Shown here piece after piece: positions 46,503 to 56,085 of a stretch of DNA of 64,000 nucleotides. The stretch is from a virus. Its lineage: Duplodnaviria; Caudoviricetes. Each line of letters starts with the position of its first letter. Positions within the stretch are counted from its first letter, which is position 1. Position numbers and translations under genes: made by a program. The stretch is taken from positions 1-64,000 of IMG/VR virus record IMGVR_UViG_3300044878_000218; one strand, given 5' to 3'. The notes under the pieces are model-generated. The model searched no databases, was not told the origin of the DNA, and worked only from the letters and a program-made list of their open reading frames with translations.

Positions 46503-49500
46503 CCAGTTCGATGTAGGTCGGCTTACGGATAGGATCGAAAGGCTCTAGAAGGTCCTTCTCCCAAATGTAAGTGCCTTCCTCCAGGGCGCGTTCAACGAAC
46601 TTGGCCACGTTCTCTTTGCTGATGTCGCGGCCCAGTTCGTGCACTTTACCCCAGTCACAGCCGATGGAGAACTCCGGTACTTGTCGAACAATGTGCCCCG
46701 GCGGGGTCGATTGTTCCATGAGTTGGCCGACTTCTTGGCAGTATTGATACACGTCGTCTTTGTGAACCCAGGCCACGACTTCGTCGTAGATCGGGGCGAA
46801 GAAGACCATGCGCAGTCGGTCCATGATCCCGCTCTCCGCGATGCCGGTGAGCACGATGCGCAACATCTGCGCTGCAGTGCCCTGGATCGTCGCGTTGGTG
46901 CCCTGACGGTGCTGACGTGCAACCTTACCGCTGTCAGCGCTGAACAGGTCCGGGTTGGCGTGACGCTTGGTGCCGAAGGCCGTCAGCGTGAAGCCGTTCT
47001 TGGTCATGAAGTCAGCTGTCTCGGCCTGCCATGGACGAATCCGGGTGTACAGGTCAAAGGTGCCGTCCAACAGCTTCTTGGCTTCGTCGACCGGAACAAT
47101 CAGCGTGCGGGACAGCGTGCCGGCACCAGCACCGTAAGCCATACCGAAGTTCACCGACTTAGCCTTGCCACGGATGGCGATGGTGATCTTGTTCAGCTTG
47201 TGGTGCTCGTCGTCCTTTGCCTCGACGAACTCCTCGTAGGTCATCTTGGCGATGCCCGAGCCGGTCATGCTGTGCAGGTCTTTCTCGTTGGCCGGGTCGT
47301 AGACCGACATCATTACCGGGTCGTTGGCGAGGTTCGCCATGATCCGGATTTCCTGGCCGTTGAAGTCGATCGCCACGCAGACGTGATCCGGGGTCGGCGG
47401 GATGTAGATCGAGCGCATGACCTTGCCTTCTCCGCGCTTAGGCACCTGGAGGATGTTCGGCGCGCTGCCAGTAGGCCGGGTGGTGTCGGTGCCGGCGTCG
47501 GTGATGATCGGGTGGACCTTACCGTCGCGGTGACGCCACATCGGGTACTTGTCGTGGTACAGGCTGCAGCGGGTGCTGGCGGTCTTGACCTTGCGCAGGA
47601 CCTGCAGCGCTTCACGCTGCCAGCAGTCCGGTGCCACGTCGTTCGCCAGTGCCGTCAGGATCGCCTGCTCGTCGGTAGACGGGCCTGCATCCTTGATGCC
47701 GACAGCCAGGCGTCCCTTGCCCGCCTGTTTGCCGCGCAGCTTGACCGGCATGCCGATCTTGCAATACAGCAGCTGTTGCATCTGCTGCGGGCTGCCTACG
47801 TTCAGCGGGTCGCCGAAGGTGACGATGCTCGGTTTGACGCCGGCATGGTGCTGCACCAAGCTGCCCAGCAGATTGAACTTCTCTTCTGCCAGATCGACCT
47901 TGTACTGCGCTACACCGTCGTCCGAGTCATCCTCTTCAGCCGCTTTGCGCAGGTCGCCCATCTTCAGGCAGCCGGCGTTGACCGCGGTGGCGATCGCTTT
48001 GATCAGCGCACGCTGCTCATCGCTGACCTGCCATTCATCTTCGAAGCCAGCCACGCCGGTGGTGCCGTACCACTCGGTGATGCCCTTGATGGTCAGCTTC
48101 TCCAGCGGAGGCAGCTGCAGGGCAGCCAGCGCCGGTGCCAGTTGGTTGGCCGTGAAGGCGAAGCGCGGCATGACCGACTCTTCGCGGTACGGCACGTACT
48201 GGCAGGCCGCTTCCAGCTTCTTGCGCCACTCGGCGACCTTGATGTTGGCGGTCTCGGTGTCGCCGTCGGCCTTCTTCTTCGCTGACCGGAAGATGTAGTC
48301 CTTTTCCGCCTCGATCAGCGACTTGCAGCCGTCGGTGATGTTGCCGGTGACGTTCTTCTCAAGGATGGCGCGCAGTTCCAGCTTGCCCTCCTCGATGGTC
48401 TTCAGGTCCTGGGCATGGATGCGTTTCTGCAGTGCCCAGTTCATGTCGACGCCGGCCACGTAGGACCGCTGCAACACTTCGGTCGGCCGTACAGCCCACC
48501 GCTTGTAGAAGTCCCACTGCCCGTCCAGCTTGAGCAGCAGCTCCAGCAGGTCATGCAGGTGGCCGGTCACCAGGCTGTCGTCGGTGCCGTAGGTGAACAC
48601 TTCGTCCACGGTCAGCTCGCACATCATGCTGACGCCCTGACCGTCGTTGCCGGCCTTGAGGGTGTCTTCGAAGGACGTCTGCTCGTAGCTCAGGTAGTCC
48701 AGCGACAGCGCCTTCAAGCCCGACTCGGTGTTCTCGTCGTAGAAGCGCTTCATGATGCGGGTGTCTTCGATTTCCTTGAGCCAGACACCGAGGTTGGTTT
48801 GCGTCACGACCCCTTCAAACAAGGCGTTGTGGGCAATCCGCCGGGTGTGCTTGCCAGCAAACTCGAGGATTTCAAGGATCACCGACTTGTTCACGTTGTT
48901 CGAATCGCGGTGGTCGACCGGGATGTAGATCACGTTTTCAAGGTGGCGACCGAACTGGAACGACGCGCCGGCCAGTTCCTGGCTGAGCATGTCGACGAAA
49001 CCGCCGCCCGATGCCGAAGCCAGGCGGAAGTCACGGATCGGGTTCTTGTCCGAGGATTCATAGTCGAACGCGGTTTTGTCGCCGGCTTTGATCTCGTCGA
49101 AGATCGCCTCGCGCATCTCTTCCCAGTTGCTGGCGTCGACGATCATCGGCACCGGCATCAGGTGGCTGTATTCCGACTCCCACATGTCCTCGCAGCCGAC
49201 TTCCTTCAGGCACTCATACAGCTGCGTCGGGTTCGGTACACGCTTGTGGATCTTCGGCTTGGTCAGTTTCTTCAGCCGAGGCTTCCAGCACAGGTCTGGC
49301 TTCAGCTGCGCCAGGCGCCAGCCCATCCGCCAGTCACCGAAGAACTCGCGCAGCTTCATCAGGATCTTGTCGTTGGAACCTGCGATGGCTTCGTCCAGGG
49401 CATGGGTGTCGCCCTTGGTGACGATCTCGCACAACTCGTCCAGACCGTCGGCTTCGTAGGTCTCGTACAGCTTCAGGACCTTGGCCGGCCCCATGCCTTT

Positions 49501-50127
49501 GACGCCCGGGTAGTTGTCCGAGCTGTCGCCCATGATCGACTTGGCGAAGCTGGTGAACCGGTATGGCAGGCCAGCCAGTTCGTGGTCTTCAGGGTAAACA
49601 CCCTCCTCGCCGTAAGGGGCGTGGTGGATGTAGTTCTTGATGATCACCTGGGTGTCTTGGTTGACCAGCACCAGCATGTCTTGGTCGACGGTGCTGACAT
49701 CCTTCGGACCTGGGACCATCTGGCACAGCCAGGCAATCAGGTCGTCCGCCTCAACGCCTTCGACAAACATCTGCGTGGCGCCGAGGGCCGAGAACAGCTT
49801 CTTGGCCCAAATGGTCAGCTCTTTGTACTGCTCCAGCTCGATGGGCGACTTGTTCTTGTCATCCTTCGAGGCCTGGGCCTTGTACTGCGGGTAGATCCCC
49901 TCGCGGTACTTCTTGCCGGCGTCGTGCGCCACAATCATCTCGCGAGGCGAGCCGCCCTTCTCAAGGATGGGGCGGATGTAGCGGGTGAGGAAATCTGCGC
50001 CGGCTGACTGCCAGTCGGCGAACCGACGATCGAGCTTCGTACAGTGCAGCGGCTTATCGCTGACACCGTAGTAGGCGTGCTTGATGCACGCCCTGAAGTC
50101 GATGATCTGTAGGGGTTCATTGTTCAT
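46462..50127 (-). CDS. polA: family A DNA polymerase with fused 5'-3' and 3'-5' exonuclease domains
   Basis: EADD and GDSSDNYPGV (5' exo), DYES and HNALFE (3' exo), DFNGQEIR, KSVNFGMAYG, YDE. Confidence 0.95.
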   Translation of the reverse strand: MNNEPLQIIDFRACIKHAYYGVSDKPLHCTKLDRRFADWQSAGADFLTRYIRPILEKGGSPREMIVAHDAGKKYREGIYPQYKAQASKDDKNKSPIELEQYKELTIWAKKLFSALGATQMFVEGVEADDLIAWLCQMVPGPKDVSTVDQDMLVLVNQDTQVIIKNYIHHAPYGEEGVYPEDHELAGLPYRFTSFAKSIMGDSSDNYPGVKGMGPAKVLKLYETYEADGLDELCEIVTKGDTHALDEAIAGSNDKILMKLREFFGDWRMGWRLAQLKPDLCWKPRLKKLTKPKIHKRVPNPTQLYECLKEVGCEDMWESEYSHLMPVPMIVDASNWEEMREAIFDEIKAGDKTAFDYESSDKNPIRDFRLASASGGGFVDMLSQELAGASFQFGRHLENVIYIPVDHRDSNNVNKSVILEILEFAGKHTRRIAHNALFEGVVTQTNLGVWLKEIEDTRIMKRFYDENTESGLKALSLDYLSYEQTSFEDTLKAGNDGQGVSMMCELTVDEVFTYGTDDSLVTGHLHDLLELLLKLDGQWDFYKRWAVRPTEVLQRSYVAGVDMNWALQKRIHAQDLKTIEEGKLELRAILEKNVTGNITDGCKSLIEAEKDYIFRSAKKKADGDTETANIKVAEWRKKLEAACQYVPYREESVMPRFAFTANQLAPALAALQLPPLEKLTIKGITEWYGTTGVAGFEDEWQVSDEQRALIKAIATAVNAGCLKMGDLRKAAEEDDSDDGVAQYKVDLAEEKFNLLGSLVQHHAGVKPSIVTFGDPLNVGSPQQMQQLLYCKIGMPVKLRGKQAGKGRLAVGIKDAGPSTDEQAILTALANDVAPDCWQREALQVLRKVKTASTRCSLYHDKYPMWRHRDGKVHPIITDAGTDTTRPTGSAPNILQVPKRGEGKVMRSIYIPPTPDHVCVAIDFNGQEIRIMANLANDPVMMSVYDPANEKDLHSMTGSGIAKMTYEEFVEAKDDEHHKLNKITIAIRGKAKSVNFGMAYGAGAGTLSRTLIVPVDEAKKLLDGTFDLYTRIRPWQAETADFMTKNGFTLTAFGTKRHANPDLFSADSGKVARQHRQGTNATIQGTAAQMLRIVLTGIAESGIMDRLRMVFFAPIYDEVVAWVHKDDVYQYCQEVGQLMEQSTPPGHIVRQVPEFSIGCDWGKVHELGRDISKENVAKFVERALEEGTYIWEKDLLEPFDPIRKPTYIELDEDEEVAVENIAD

Positions 50128-50405
50128 TACGCGACGTCCTTAAGGAGAACAGCGTGGAACACCAGCGCGCCTCCATTCAGGAGCACGGTGCCCAGGTATT
50201 CGGAATTTTCGGGGAGTTCTTCGCCTGTGGCAGCCAAGAAGATCGGCACCGGCTGTTCAGGCAGATCCATGTCGACAGCTGTCCACAGCTGACACAGACC
50301 TTGCGCACCGGCCTGGCCGGCGATGGTGTGGCCATCAAGGACGCCACCGGGAATCAGCGGCGCGTTGTGACCCAGTTCCAGCTTATACTTGAGAACCTTT
50401 CTCAT
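50127..50405 (-). CDS. conserved small phage protein
   Basis: LKYKL...ATGEELP...YLGTV...VFH pattern. Confidence 0.75.
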   Translation of the reverse strand: MRKVLKYKLELGHNAPLIPGGVLDGHTIAGQAGAQGLCQLWTAVDMDLPEQPVPIFLAATGEELPENSEYLGTVLLNGGALVFHAVLLKDVA

Positions 50406-50408
50406 TCC

Positions 50409-50996
50409 TTACATCTCCGGATAGCGTTCAAATACCGCCTGCAGGCATTCAGCCTGGTAGCGGGCGTCGTCCAAGGCGTCGTGTGCAACGCCGTTGCGGT
50501 GCGGCATGACCAGCCCGCGTCTCTCCGCGAAGTCCACGATGGTCCGCTGATCACGGACGTTGCGGAACTTGTACGGGATGGCCACGCCTTCCCGCTTGTG
50601 TGCTTCTTCCAGCCACACGCTGTCGCGATCACCGCGAATCCACATCTCGCCTTCGAAGTTGGAGTTGCGACCGACCACCGTGGTATCGGCCTGCAGCCAT
50701 TGCCAGAGGGCACGCAGCGCGTTACCCAGGCTGAGACCGCCCTGCCCTTCCAGCGCGCCGCCACGGGCCTCAGCGTTCTGATTCAGCCACCAGTAGAAGG
50801 TCTCCGGGTCGATCGGCGTCTGCCCCACCAGGTTCACCGCGACGTGGAAGTCATGGTTGCCGAAAGGCAAGGTCTGTCGGGACGGGTTGGGGACGAAACG
50901 CACCGCGCCGATCGCAATGATCGGCGCGTTGGTTCCGAGGCCCGCGGTTTCCAGGTCGATTGACACCGGATATTCAGCAAGGGACTCGAAGTACAT
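50409..50996 (-). CDS. DEDD 3'-5' exo(ribo)nuclease
   Basis: IDLETAG, IIAIGAV, RDQRT, HDALDDARYQA. Confidence 0.88.
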   Translation of the reverse strand: MYFESLAEYPVSIDLETAGLGTNAPIIAIGAVRFVPNPSRQTLPFGNHDFHVAVNLVGQTPIDPETFYWWLNQNAEARGGALEGQGGLSLGNALRALWQWLQADTTVVGRNSNFEGEMWIRGDRDSVWLEEAHKREGVAIPYKFRNVRDQRTIVDFAERRGLVMPHRNGVAHDALDDARYQAECLQAVFERYPEM

Positions 50997-50997
50997 G

Positions 50998-51735
50998 TCA
51001 GGCTCCTTGGGTCAGCGCTGCCCAGCTCACGGGGTACAGCGGCGCGATGATCTCGTTCACGTCAGCGAACAGATCCTGCACCTCTTTCTGCGCATGGCTG
51101 TCGCTGCGGGCGTTGTAGGCCATGGCGAAGGCATACAGGCTGCCAGTCCACACCCAGTTCACTTCGACGCCTTGGATCAGCGCGAAGCGCGCCTGCTCAG
51201 GACACACCTGATCTTCCAGCATGTCCATGTAGCACTGGATGGATTTGTGGGCCAGCACCTGATACCGCTGCATCCACTCTTCGTTGTTCGGGTGCGGACC
51301 TGATGCGCTGCCCTGCTTCACATCGGCAGCCGAGGCGCGGAAGAACTCCGGCACGAAGAACTCCGGCACCGACTTGATGTAGCGGCGGCTTTCTTCCGAT
51401 TCGACGAAGCCGATCTTGTGCTTGAAGCACTGGGTTCGGATTGGCACCGGTGCCTTCATGCGCAGGGTGATGTGCGGGTGACCGAACGGAACCCAGTGAC
51501 AAGGGATCTTGCGCAGGTAGACAGCCAGCTGCGATGCCTCTTCCTTGTCGGTGATGCCGACCATCTTCTCCAGCAGGCCTTCCCAGTCGCCGGTCTTCAT
51601 GCCGCGAGCCAGGAAGCGAACGAGGTTGTCGTTCTGCATGGTGTTGAAGTTCGCTGCCAGATCGGCAAACGAGTGACGGGCGTAGTTGGCTACGTCGGTG
51701 TCGCCCAGGTAGTGGTTCTCGTATGTAGCCTTCAT
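50998..51735 (-). CDS. thyX: flavin-dependent thymidylate synthase
   Basis: HWVPFGH, KHKIG..ESEESRRY, PEQARF, HAQKE. Confidence 0.92.
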   Translation of the reverse strand: MKATYENHYLGDTDVANYARHSFADLAANFNTMQNDNLVRFLARGMKTGDWEGLLEKMVGITDKEEASQLAVYLRKIPCHWVPFGHPHITLRMKAPVPIRTQCFKHKIGFVESEESRRYIKSVPEFFVPEFFRASAADVKQGSASGPHPNNEEWMQRYQVLAHKSIQCYMDMLEDQVCPEQARFALIQGVEVNWVWTGSLYAFAMAYNARSDSHAQKEVQDLFADVNEIIAPLYPVSWAALTQGA

Positions 51736-52055
51736 GCTTGCAGCCCTCGGCGTTGACCCATGGTGTTGACACTGCCATCGTCGTTCCAGATCGGGATGCC
51801 GCCCGCGCGGATCATGGCGATGTTCATTTCATCGCGAGTCAGCAGACGGCGATCACGGATGTACGGGCTGTCCGGCACCTCGCTAGGCTCGGTGCAGAGG
51901 ATCAGCGCGTAGGGCAGCTGTTCCTTGAGCACGTGGACGGACATGCGGTCGAGGTTTTCCGCCTCGATCACCTTGCGGCAGCCAAAGAAGCGGGCCAGCT
52001 CTTCACCGAACTTGGTCTTACCGGTTGCAGCCGGCGCTGCGAAAATAACGGTCAT
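51732..52055 (-). CDS. very small P-loop protein
   Basis: APAATGKT at the N-terminus of a 107-aa ORF. Confidence 0.6.
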   Translation of the reverse strand: MTVIFAAPAATGKTKFGEELARFFGCRKVIEAENLDRMSVHVLKEQLPYALILCTEPSEVPDSPYIRDRRLLTRDEMNIAMIRAGGIPIWNDDGSVNTMGQRRGLQA

Positions 52056-52067
52056 GCTCTACTCCCC

Positions 52068-52095
52068 AAATGAAAGCTCCCGCCGAGGCGGGAGC
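52068..52095 (-). terminator. intrinsic terminator after the TerB-like gene
   Basis: GCTCCCGCC-TC-GGCGGGAGC followed by TTTCATTT on the minus strand. Confidence 0.7.
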
Positions 52096-52109
52096 GGGTT
52101 ACACAGTGC

Positions 52110-52553
52110 TTAGGCGCCTTGGCGGATCTCGAAGTGTTTCTCTTCGAGGCGGAAGCCCAGCTCGCGGGCGATCTCTTCGATCACACGGCGTTCGCCCGGC
52201 TCGATCTCGCCGTCTGCCTTGGCGATGGCGAGGATGTTCAGCATCACGTCTTCGATGTGCTCTTCGTTGCCGCCGATCTGGCGGATCTCACGCAGGATCG
52301 CTGCACGGCCCAGTTCGAAGTCCGATTCCAGCTTGTCAGTGAACTTCTGGATCACCTTGCTGATCTCGTTGCCGAAGTGCTTCAGGTTGTCGTTGCTGCG
52401 CACCAGGCGGTCGATCTTCTGCGACTCTTCCTTTTCAATGGTGCCGTCGGAGGCTGCAACCAGCAGCTGGCCGCCGATGATGGCTTCCATCAGGTCCTTG
52501 TTTTCGATTTTCTTGGCGCCGCGGAAGATGTTGCCGAATGCTTTCTTGAACAT
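52110..52553 (-). CDS. TerB-family protein
   Basis: Duplicated VAASDGTIEKEE and IAKADGEIEPGE motifs. Confidence 0.9.
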   Translation of the reverse strand: MFKKAFGNIFRGAKKIENKDLMEAIIGGQLLVAASDGTIEKEESQKIDRLVRSNDNLKHFGNEISKVIQKFTDKLESDFELGRAAILREIRQIGGNEEHIEDVMLNILAIAKADGEIEPGERRVIEEIARELGFRLEEKHFEIRQGA

Positions 52554-52594
52554 GGGGTAAGTCCTTGTTTATTGAGGGAGGGTGACGCGGTTGA

Positions 52595-53230
52595 TTACTG
52601 GCCAGCGACCTTGTCAGCGCGCTCTTGGGCGGCCTTGTCGCTGTAGCCGTTCTTGTAACGCTTGCCCAGCAGCTTGATCTTGTTGAACAGCTGGGTTTCA
52701 ACCATCGACGTCTGGATGCCGTTCAGCAGGCCCACGACATAGAACTCAGCGTCGCCGGCTTCTTCACGGACGTTGTGGCCATCCAGCGGAGCGCCAAGGA
52801 TGTGGCTGCAGACCTGATCCAGCATCTCAGCAGCTTCACCAGCCAAGCCGATGGCCATGTGCAGCAGGTGCGCCTTGTCGGCGTCGAGGGCGTCGAAGGC
52901 GGAGGCCAGGCCTTGGCTGCTTGGCAGCTTGAAGTATTCAACTTCCGGCAGAGTGGCGAGGTCTTTGTTGTAGACCACGTGCTTCTTCAGGCGGTCCAGC
53001 TCGTTGCCCTTGTCGATGATCAGGGCGCTGATCTGCAGCAGGTTCAGGAAGCCGGAGAATTTCAGGCTGTCCTTGATGGCTTGGCCAGGCTTGGCCAGAT
53101 CGGTGACCATACCGTCGAAGGTGGTGTCGAGGATCTTGTGCTGGTCAGCTTGGGTCAGCTCAGGCAGAGCCTGGGCGATCAGTTGTTCGTGGGCGTTGCG
53201 CAGAGCGGCATCGTGGGCATAGATAGACAT
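52595..53230 (-). CDS. MazG-like NTP pyrophosphohydrolase (internally duplicated)
   Basis: LLHMAIGLAGEAAE...EEAGD...NKIKL..RY..GYS; degenerate first copy ELDRLKKHVVYNK. Confidence 0.8.
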   Translation of the reverse strand: MSIYAHDAALRNAHEQLIAQALPELTQADQHKILDTTFDGMVTDLAKPGQAIKDSLKFSGFLNLLQISALIIDKGNELDRLKKHVVYNKDLATLPEVEYFKLPSSQGLASAFDALDADKAHLLHMAIGLAGEAAEMLDQVCSHILGAPLDGHNVREEAGDAEFYVVGLLNGIQTSMVETQLFNKIKLLGKRYKNGYSDKAAQERADKVAGQ

Positions 53231-53261
53231 GCGGAAGTAGTCCTAATGGAATTTTGGGAAT

Positions 53262-53294
53262 GAAAAAGCCCGGTGGTTTTCACCGGCCGGGCTT
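53262..53294 (-). terminator. intrinsic terminator
   Basis: AAGCCCGG/CCGGGCTT stem with T-tract on the minus strand. Confidence 0.75.
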
Positions 53295-53311
53295 AAAGCA
53301 GTGCAGAAGAG

Positions 53312-54265
53312 TTACAGCTTGCCGACGCAGGTGAAGGTCCATGGACGGAAGGCTTTTTCGCCCTTACCGACCTTGGCACCGACCTTGGCCTTGATGATCA
53401 GCTCGCCTGGAGCGCAAGCGTTTTTGCGTACGCCGACAGCGATTGCACCGGCCAGACGGTCTTTCGACGCTGGTGGAATGGACAGGGAAACCATGTGCTC
53501 GTCGTACTCGTCTTCACGATTCTTGAGTTGCGCCATTGCTTCGATGTATTCCTTGATGTCCAGCGGCTCGTCCGGGGTGCCGTAGCCGTCACCCAGCCAC
53601 TCGTCCAAGATCTCTTGGGCGGAGGTGCCGTCGGACAGGGTCTTGCCGTGCTTGTCGTAGCTGTAGAACAGCTCAGCGCCTTCACCAGCGAACTGGCGAA
53701 CGATGTAGATGTTGCGGGTGCTGAGGATGTTCACCTCGATCTCTTCGCCCAGCGGAATTTCTTCACTGCCGAGGAGGAACTTGCCTTCGTCCAGCTTGAT
53801 GCGGTCGAAGGACATGCCGGTGATGTTCAGACCCTCGAAGCCCTGGCTGGCCATGTCTTCGGTGAACTGCTTCGCGGCGGAGGCTTGGCGCTCAGTGTTG
53901 GTGACCACAGCGGTGGACTCGGCTTTCACCGCGACCTGCTGGGCTGCCACCTGCTCTGGCTGAACTTCGGCGGCCTTGACGGCTTCAGGCTCAACAGCGG
54001 CCTTGACTGCTTCCGGCTCTACGACTTCTGCGGCGGCCGTGGCTTGAGCCACAGGTTCTGCTTCTGCTTCTTGCACCTGCGCCGAGCCTTCAGACTGGAC
54101 GACTTCCTTTTCCACAGCCGCTTCCATCGGCTGTTCTGCTGCGACGTTGGCCTCGACGGTTTCAACGGTCTCAACAGTTTCCTTCACTGCTTCTGCAGCG
54201 GTGTTGGTCTGAGCGGTGTTGGTCTGAGCGGTTTCGGTAGGTGCTGCTGCGCGTTTCAGTGCCAT
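53312..54265 (-). CDS. abundant acidic protein, possibly ssDNA-binding or recombination
   Basis: Strong codon bias, low-complexity Ala/Glu N-terminus, OB-like C-terminus; function inferred from context only. Confidence 0.45.
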   Translation of the reverse strand: MALKRAAAPTETAQTNTAQTNTAAEAVKETVETVETVEANVAAEQPMEAAVEKEVVQSEGSAQVQEAEAEPVAQATAAAEVVEPEAVKAAVEPEAVKAAEVQPEQVAAQQVAVKAESTAVVTNTERQASAAKQFTEDMASQGFEGLNITGMSFDRIKLDEGKFLLGSEEIPLGEEIEVNILSTRNIYIVRQFAGEGAELFYSYDKHGKTLSDGTSAQEILDEWLGDGYGTPDEPLDIKEYIEAMAQLKNREDEYDEHMVSLSIPPASKDRLAGAIAVGVRKNACAPGELIIKAKVGAKVGKGEKAFRPWTFTCVGKL

Positions 54266-54378
54266 GATAATTGTCTCTTTCAGTATGATTTTGGTTTCAG
54301 TTCATCGTCGTTTTCATCGGCAACTAGCGAGAAATCCGCTAGCGCAGGCTGATTTATACAGAGCCTGCTCCACCTCTG

Positions 54379-56085
54379 TCAACCGAGCAATTCGAACAGC
54401 AAGTCATGCCTGTCCTTGATCGCCCGGTTATTGCTCTCTTCGTTCTCCAACAAGGCCTTGAAATTCTTGTCGGACAGCGTGCCTCGCACCCTCATGAAGT
54501 ACACGTTGACCACGTTGACCTGACCATTACGGTCAGCCCGAGCGATCGCCTGTTTGGCAGCCTTCGGGGAGGTCGGGCATTCGTAGAAGATCACGTAGCT
54601 GGCCACCTGCAGGTTCAGCCCTGAGCCGCCTGACACCCATTGGATGACGATCACGCTGCATTCGTCGTCGTGCAGGAACTTGTCGACCTGGGCCTGGCGA
54701 TCCGGTATGCCGCCGTAGACCACGGCCACCTTGCGGTAGGCGAACTGCATTGCCAGCTGCTCGATGGCGCCGCGGTAGAAGGCGAAGATGATCAGCTTGC
54801 GCTTCGGACCGGGGTTGATCGACTCGACCAGATCCCCGGTAGCCTTGGCCAGCTCGTCGCCGTCCTTCAAGGTCATGTCGAACTTGGTCGGGCAGCTGAT
54901 CAGCTCCAGGGCCAGGTGCCGCAGCGCTGACGAGTTGTCCGGCGCCAGCACCAGGTCCCCGAGCACGGCGAAGCGGTCGTTGATCACCTGCCGGTACAGC
55001 TTGAGGTGCCGTCCGGACAGCTTTACCGGCACCTCGCTGATGATCGGCTCCGGCATCATGATCACGTCGCGCTTCTGCACCCGCCTGGCGTTCTTCCACA
55101 GCGAGTCGTAGATCTTCTCGGTGTTGAAGTAGCCGACGATCTGCTTGATCTTCTTGGTCTTGTTGTTCGGCAGCGGTAGCTCGAACTCCTCGATCTCACA
55201 GTGCTGCCGGATGAAGGCGGCCTTGTTCAAGTAGGCACCAGGGTTGATCAGGCGGATCAGGCCGTAGGCGTTGTGTAGCTTGGTCGGGATCGGGGTGCCG
55301 GTCATCACGTAGATGGCCACGTCGTCCTTCAGCCGCATCGACATCTCGGCCACCGACTCGGACAGGATCGACTCCAGCCCGCACAGCGCATCGCCTTCGT
55401 CGAAGAACAGCACGTTGTAGCCGTGTTCCTTCAGCAGCATCTGCTTGGGGTTCTTGGCGGTGCCGTTGTCCTTGTTGATCTGCCGACCGTCCGCTGTGTA
55501 CGGCTGAGCGTTAGGGAACCGTGGGTCGCCCTTCTTCTTGCCATCACCGGGCTCGTCTTCCTGCAGGAAATAGCTCGTTGCGTATTCTAATTTTGTGCCT
55601 ATCTCATTGATATTCCGCACTTTCCAGACATTATTCCCGATCTTTTTCCGGGGGTTTTTGTCGTTGTAAAGGCGGTAGATGTCATAGGACAGGACCAGAA
55701 TGTCAGGCCAGCCTTCGACGTCCCATATCTGCTCCTTCTTTTTCTTCTGCGTGGCTGTGCAGTCGAGGTGGTCGATCTTCAGGTACTTGCGCACCCCCGG
55801 AAAGAACAGGTCGAACTCAGCCAGGAACTGAGGGATCAAGCCAGGCAGCGTGGTGAAGACGACCCGGTTGCCCATGGCAGCCATCATGATGGCGTGGACC
55901 TGGGCGGGGAACGTCTTGCCAGTACCGGGCTCGGAAAAATCCCCGTAACGGTCGTTCCAGGGGTAGATCTTGATGGTGTCGAGTTGATGCGGCATCGGCC
56001 AGTTTGGGAGGATGATCTCTTCAAACCAGTCGGGGTGGTTACCCACCCCGACTTCGAGCATCAAGTCGTGAAGACTTCTGCTCAT
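54379..56085 (-). CDS. SNF2-like SF2 helicase
   Basis: EPGTGKT, DEGD, MTGTP, GLNLQ, QAIARADRNGQ. Confidence 0.9.
   Translation of the reverse strand: MSRSLHDLMLEVGVGNHPDWFEEIILPNWPMPHQLDTIKIYPWNDRYGDFSEPGTGKTFPAQVHAIMMAAMGNRVVFTTLPGLIPQFLAEFDLFFPGVRKYLKIDHLDCTATQKKKKEQIWDVEGWPDILVLSYDIYRLYNDKNPRKKIGNNVWKVRNINEIGTKLEYATSYFLQEDEPGDGKKKGDPRFPNAQPYTADGRQINKDNGTAKNPKQMLLKEHGYNVLFFDEGDALCGLESILSESVAEMSMRLKDDVAIYVMTGTPIPTKLHNAYGLIRLINPGAYLNKAAFIRQHCEIEEFELPLPNNKTKKIKQIVGYFNTEKIYDSLWKNARRVQKRDVIMMPEPIISEVPVKLSGRHLKLYRQVINDRFAVLGDLVLAPDNSSALRHLALELISCPTKFDMTLKDGDELAKATGDLVESINPGPKRKLIIFAFYRGAIEQLAMQFAYRKVAVVYGGIPDRQAQVDKFLHDDECSVIVIQWVSGGSGLNLQVASYVIFYECPTSPKAAKQAIARADRNGQVNVVNVYFMRVRGTLSDKNFKALLENEESNNRAIKDRHDLLFELLG

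Noticed and set aside
54197-54233. 15-bp tandem repeat (AGCGGTGTTGGTCTG, about 2.4 copies)
   Set aside because: Encodes TAQTN repeats in a low-complexity N-terminus; no spacers, so not CRISPR-like
54350-54362. Second SOS box (CTGATTTATACAG)
   Set aside because: Spacing is CTG-N7-CAG, not N10
55430-55690. Intein or intron in the helicase
   Set aside because: Frame is continuous, the insert is short, and it lacks Cys/Ser start and His-Asn end motifs
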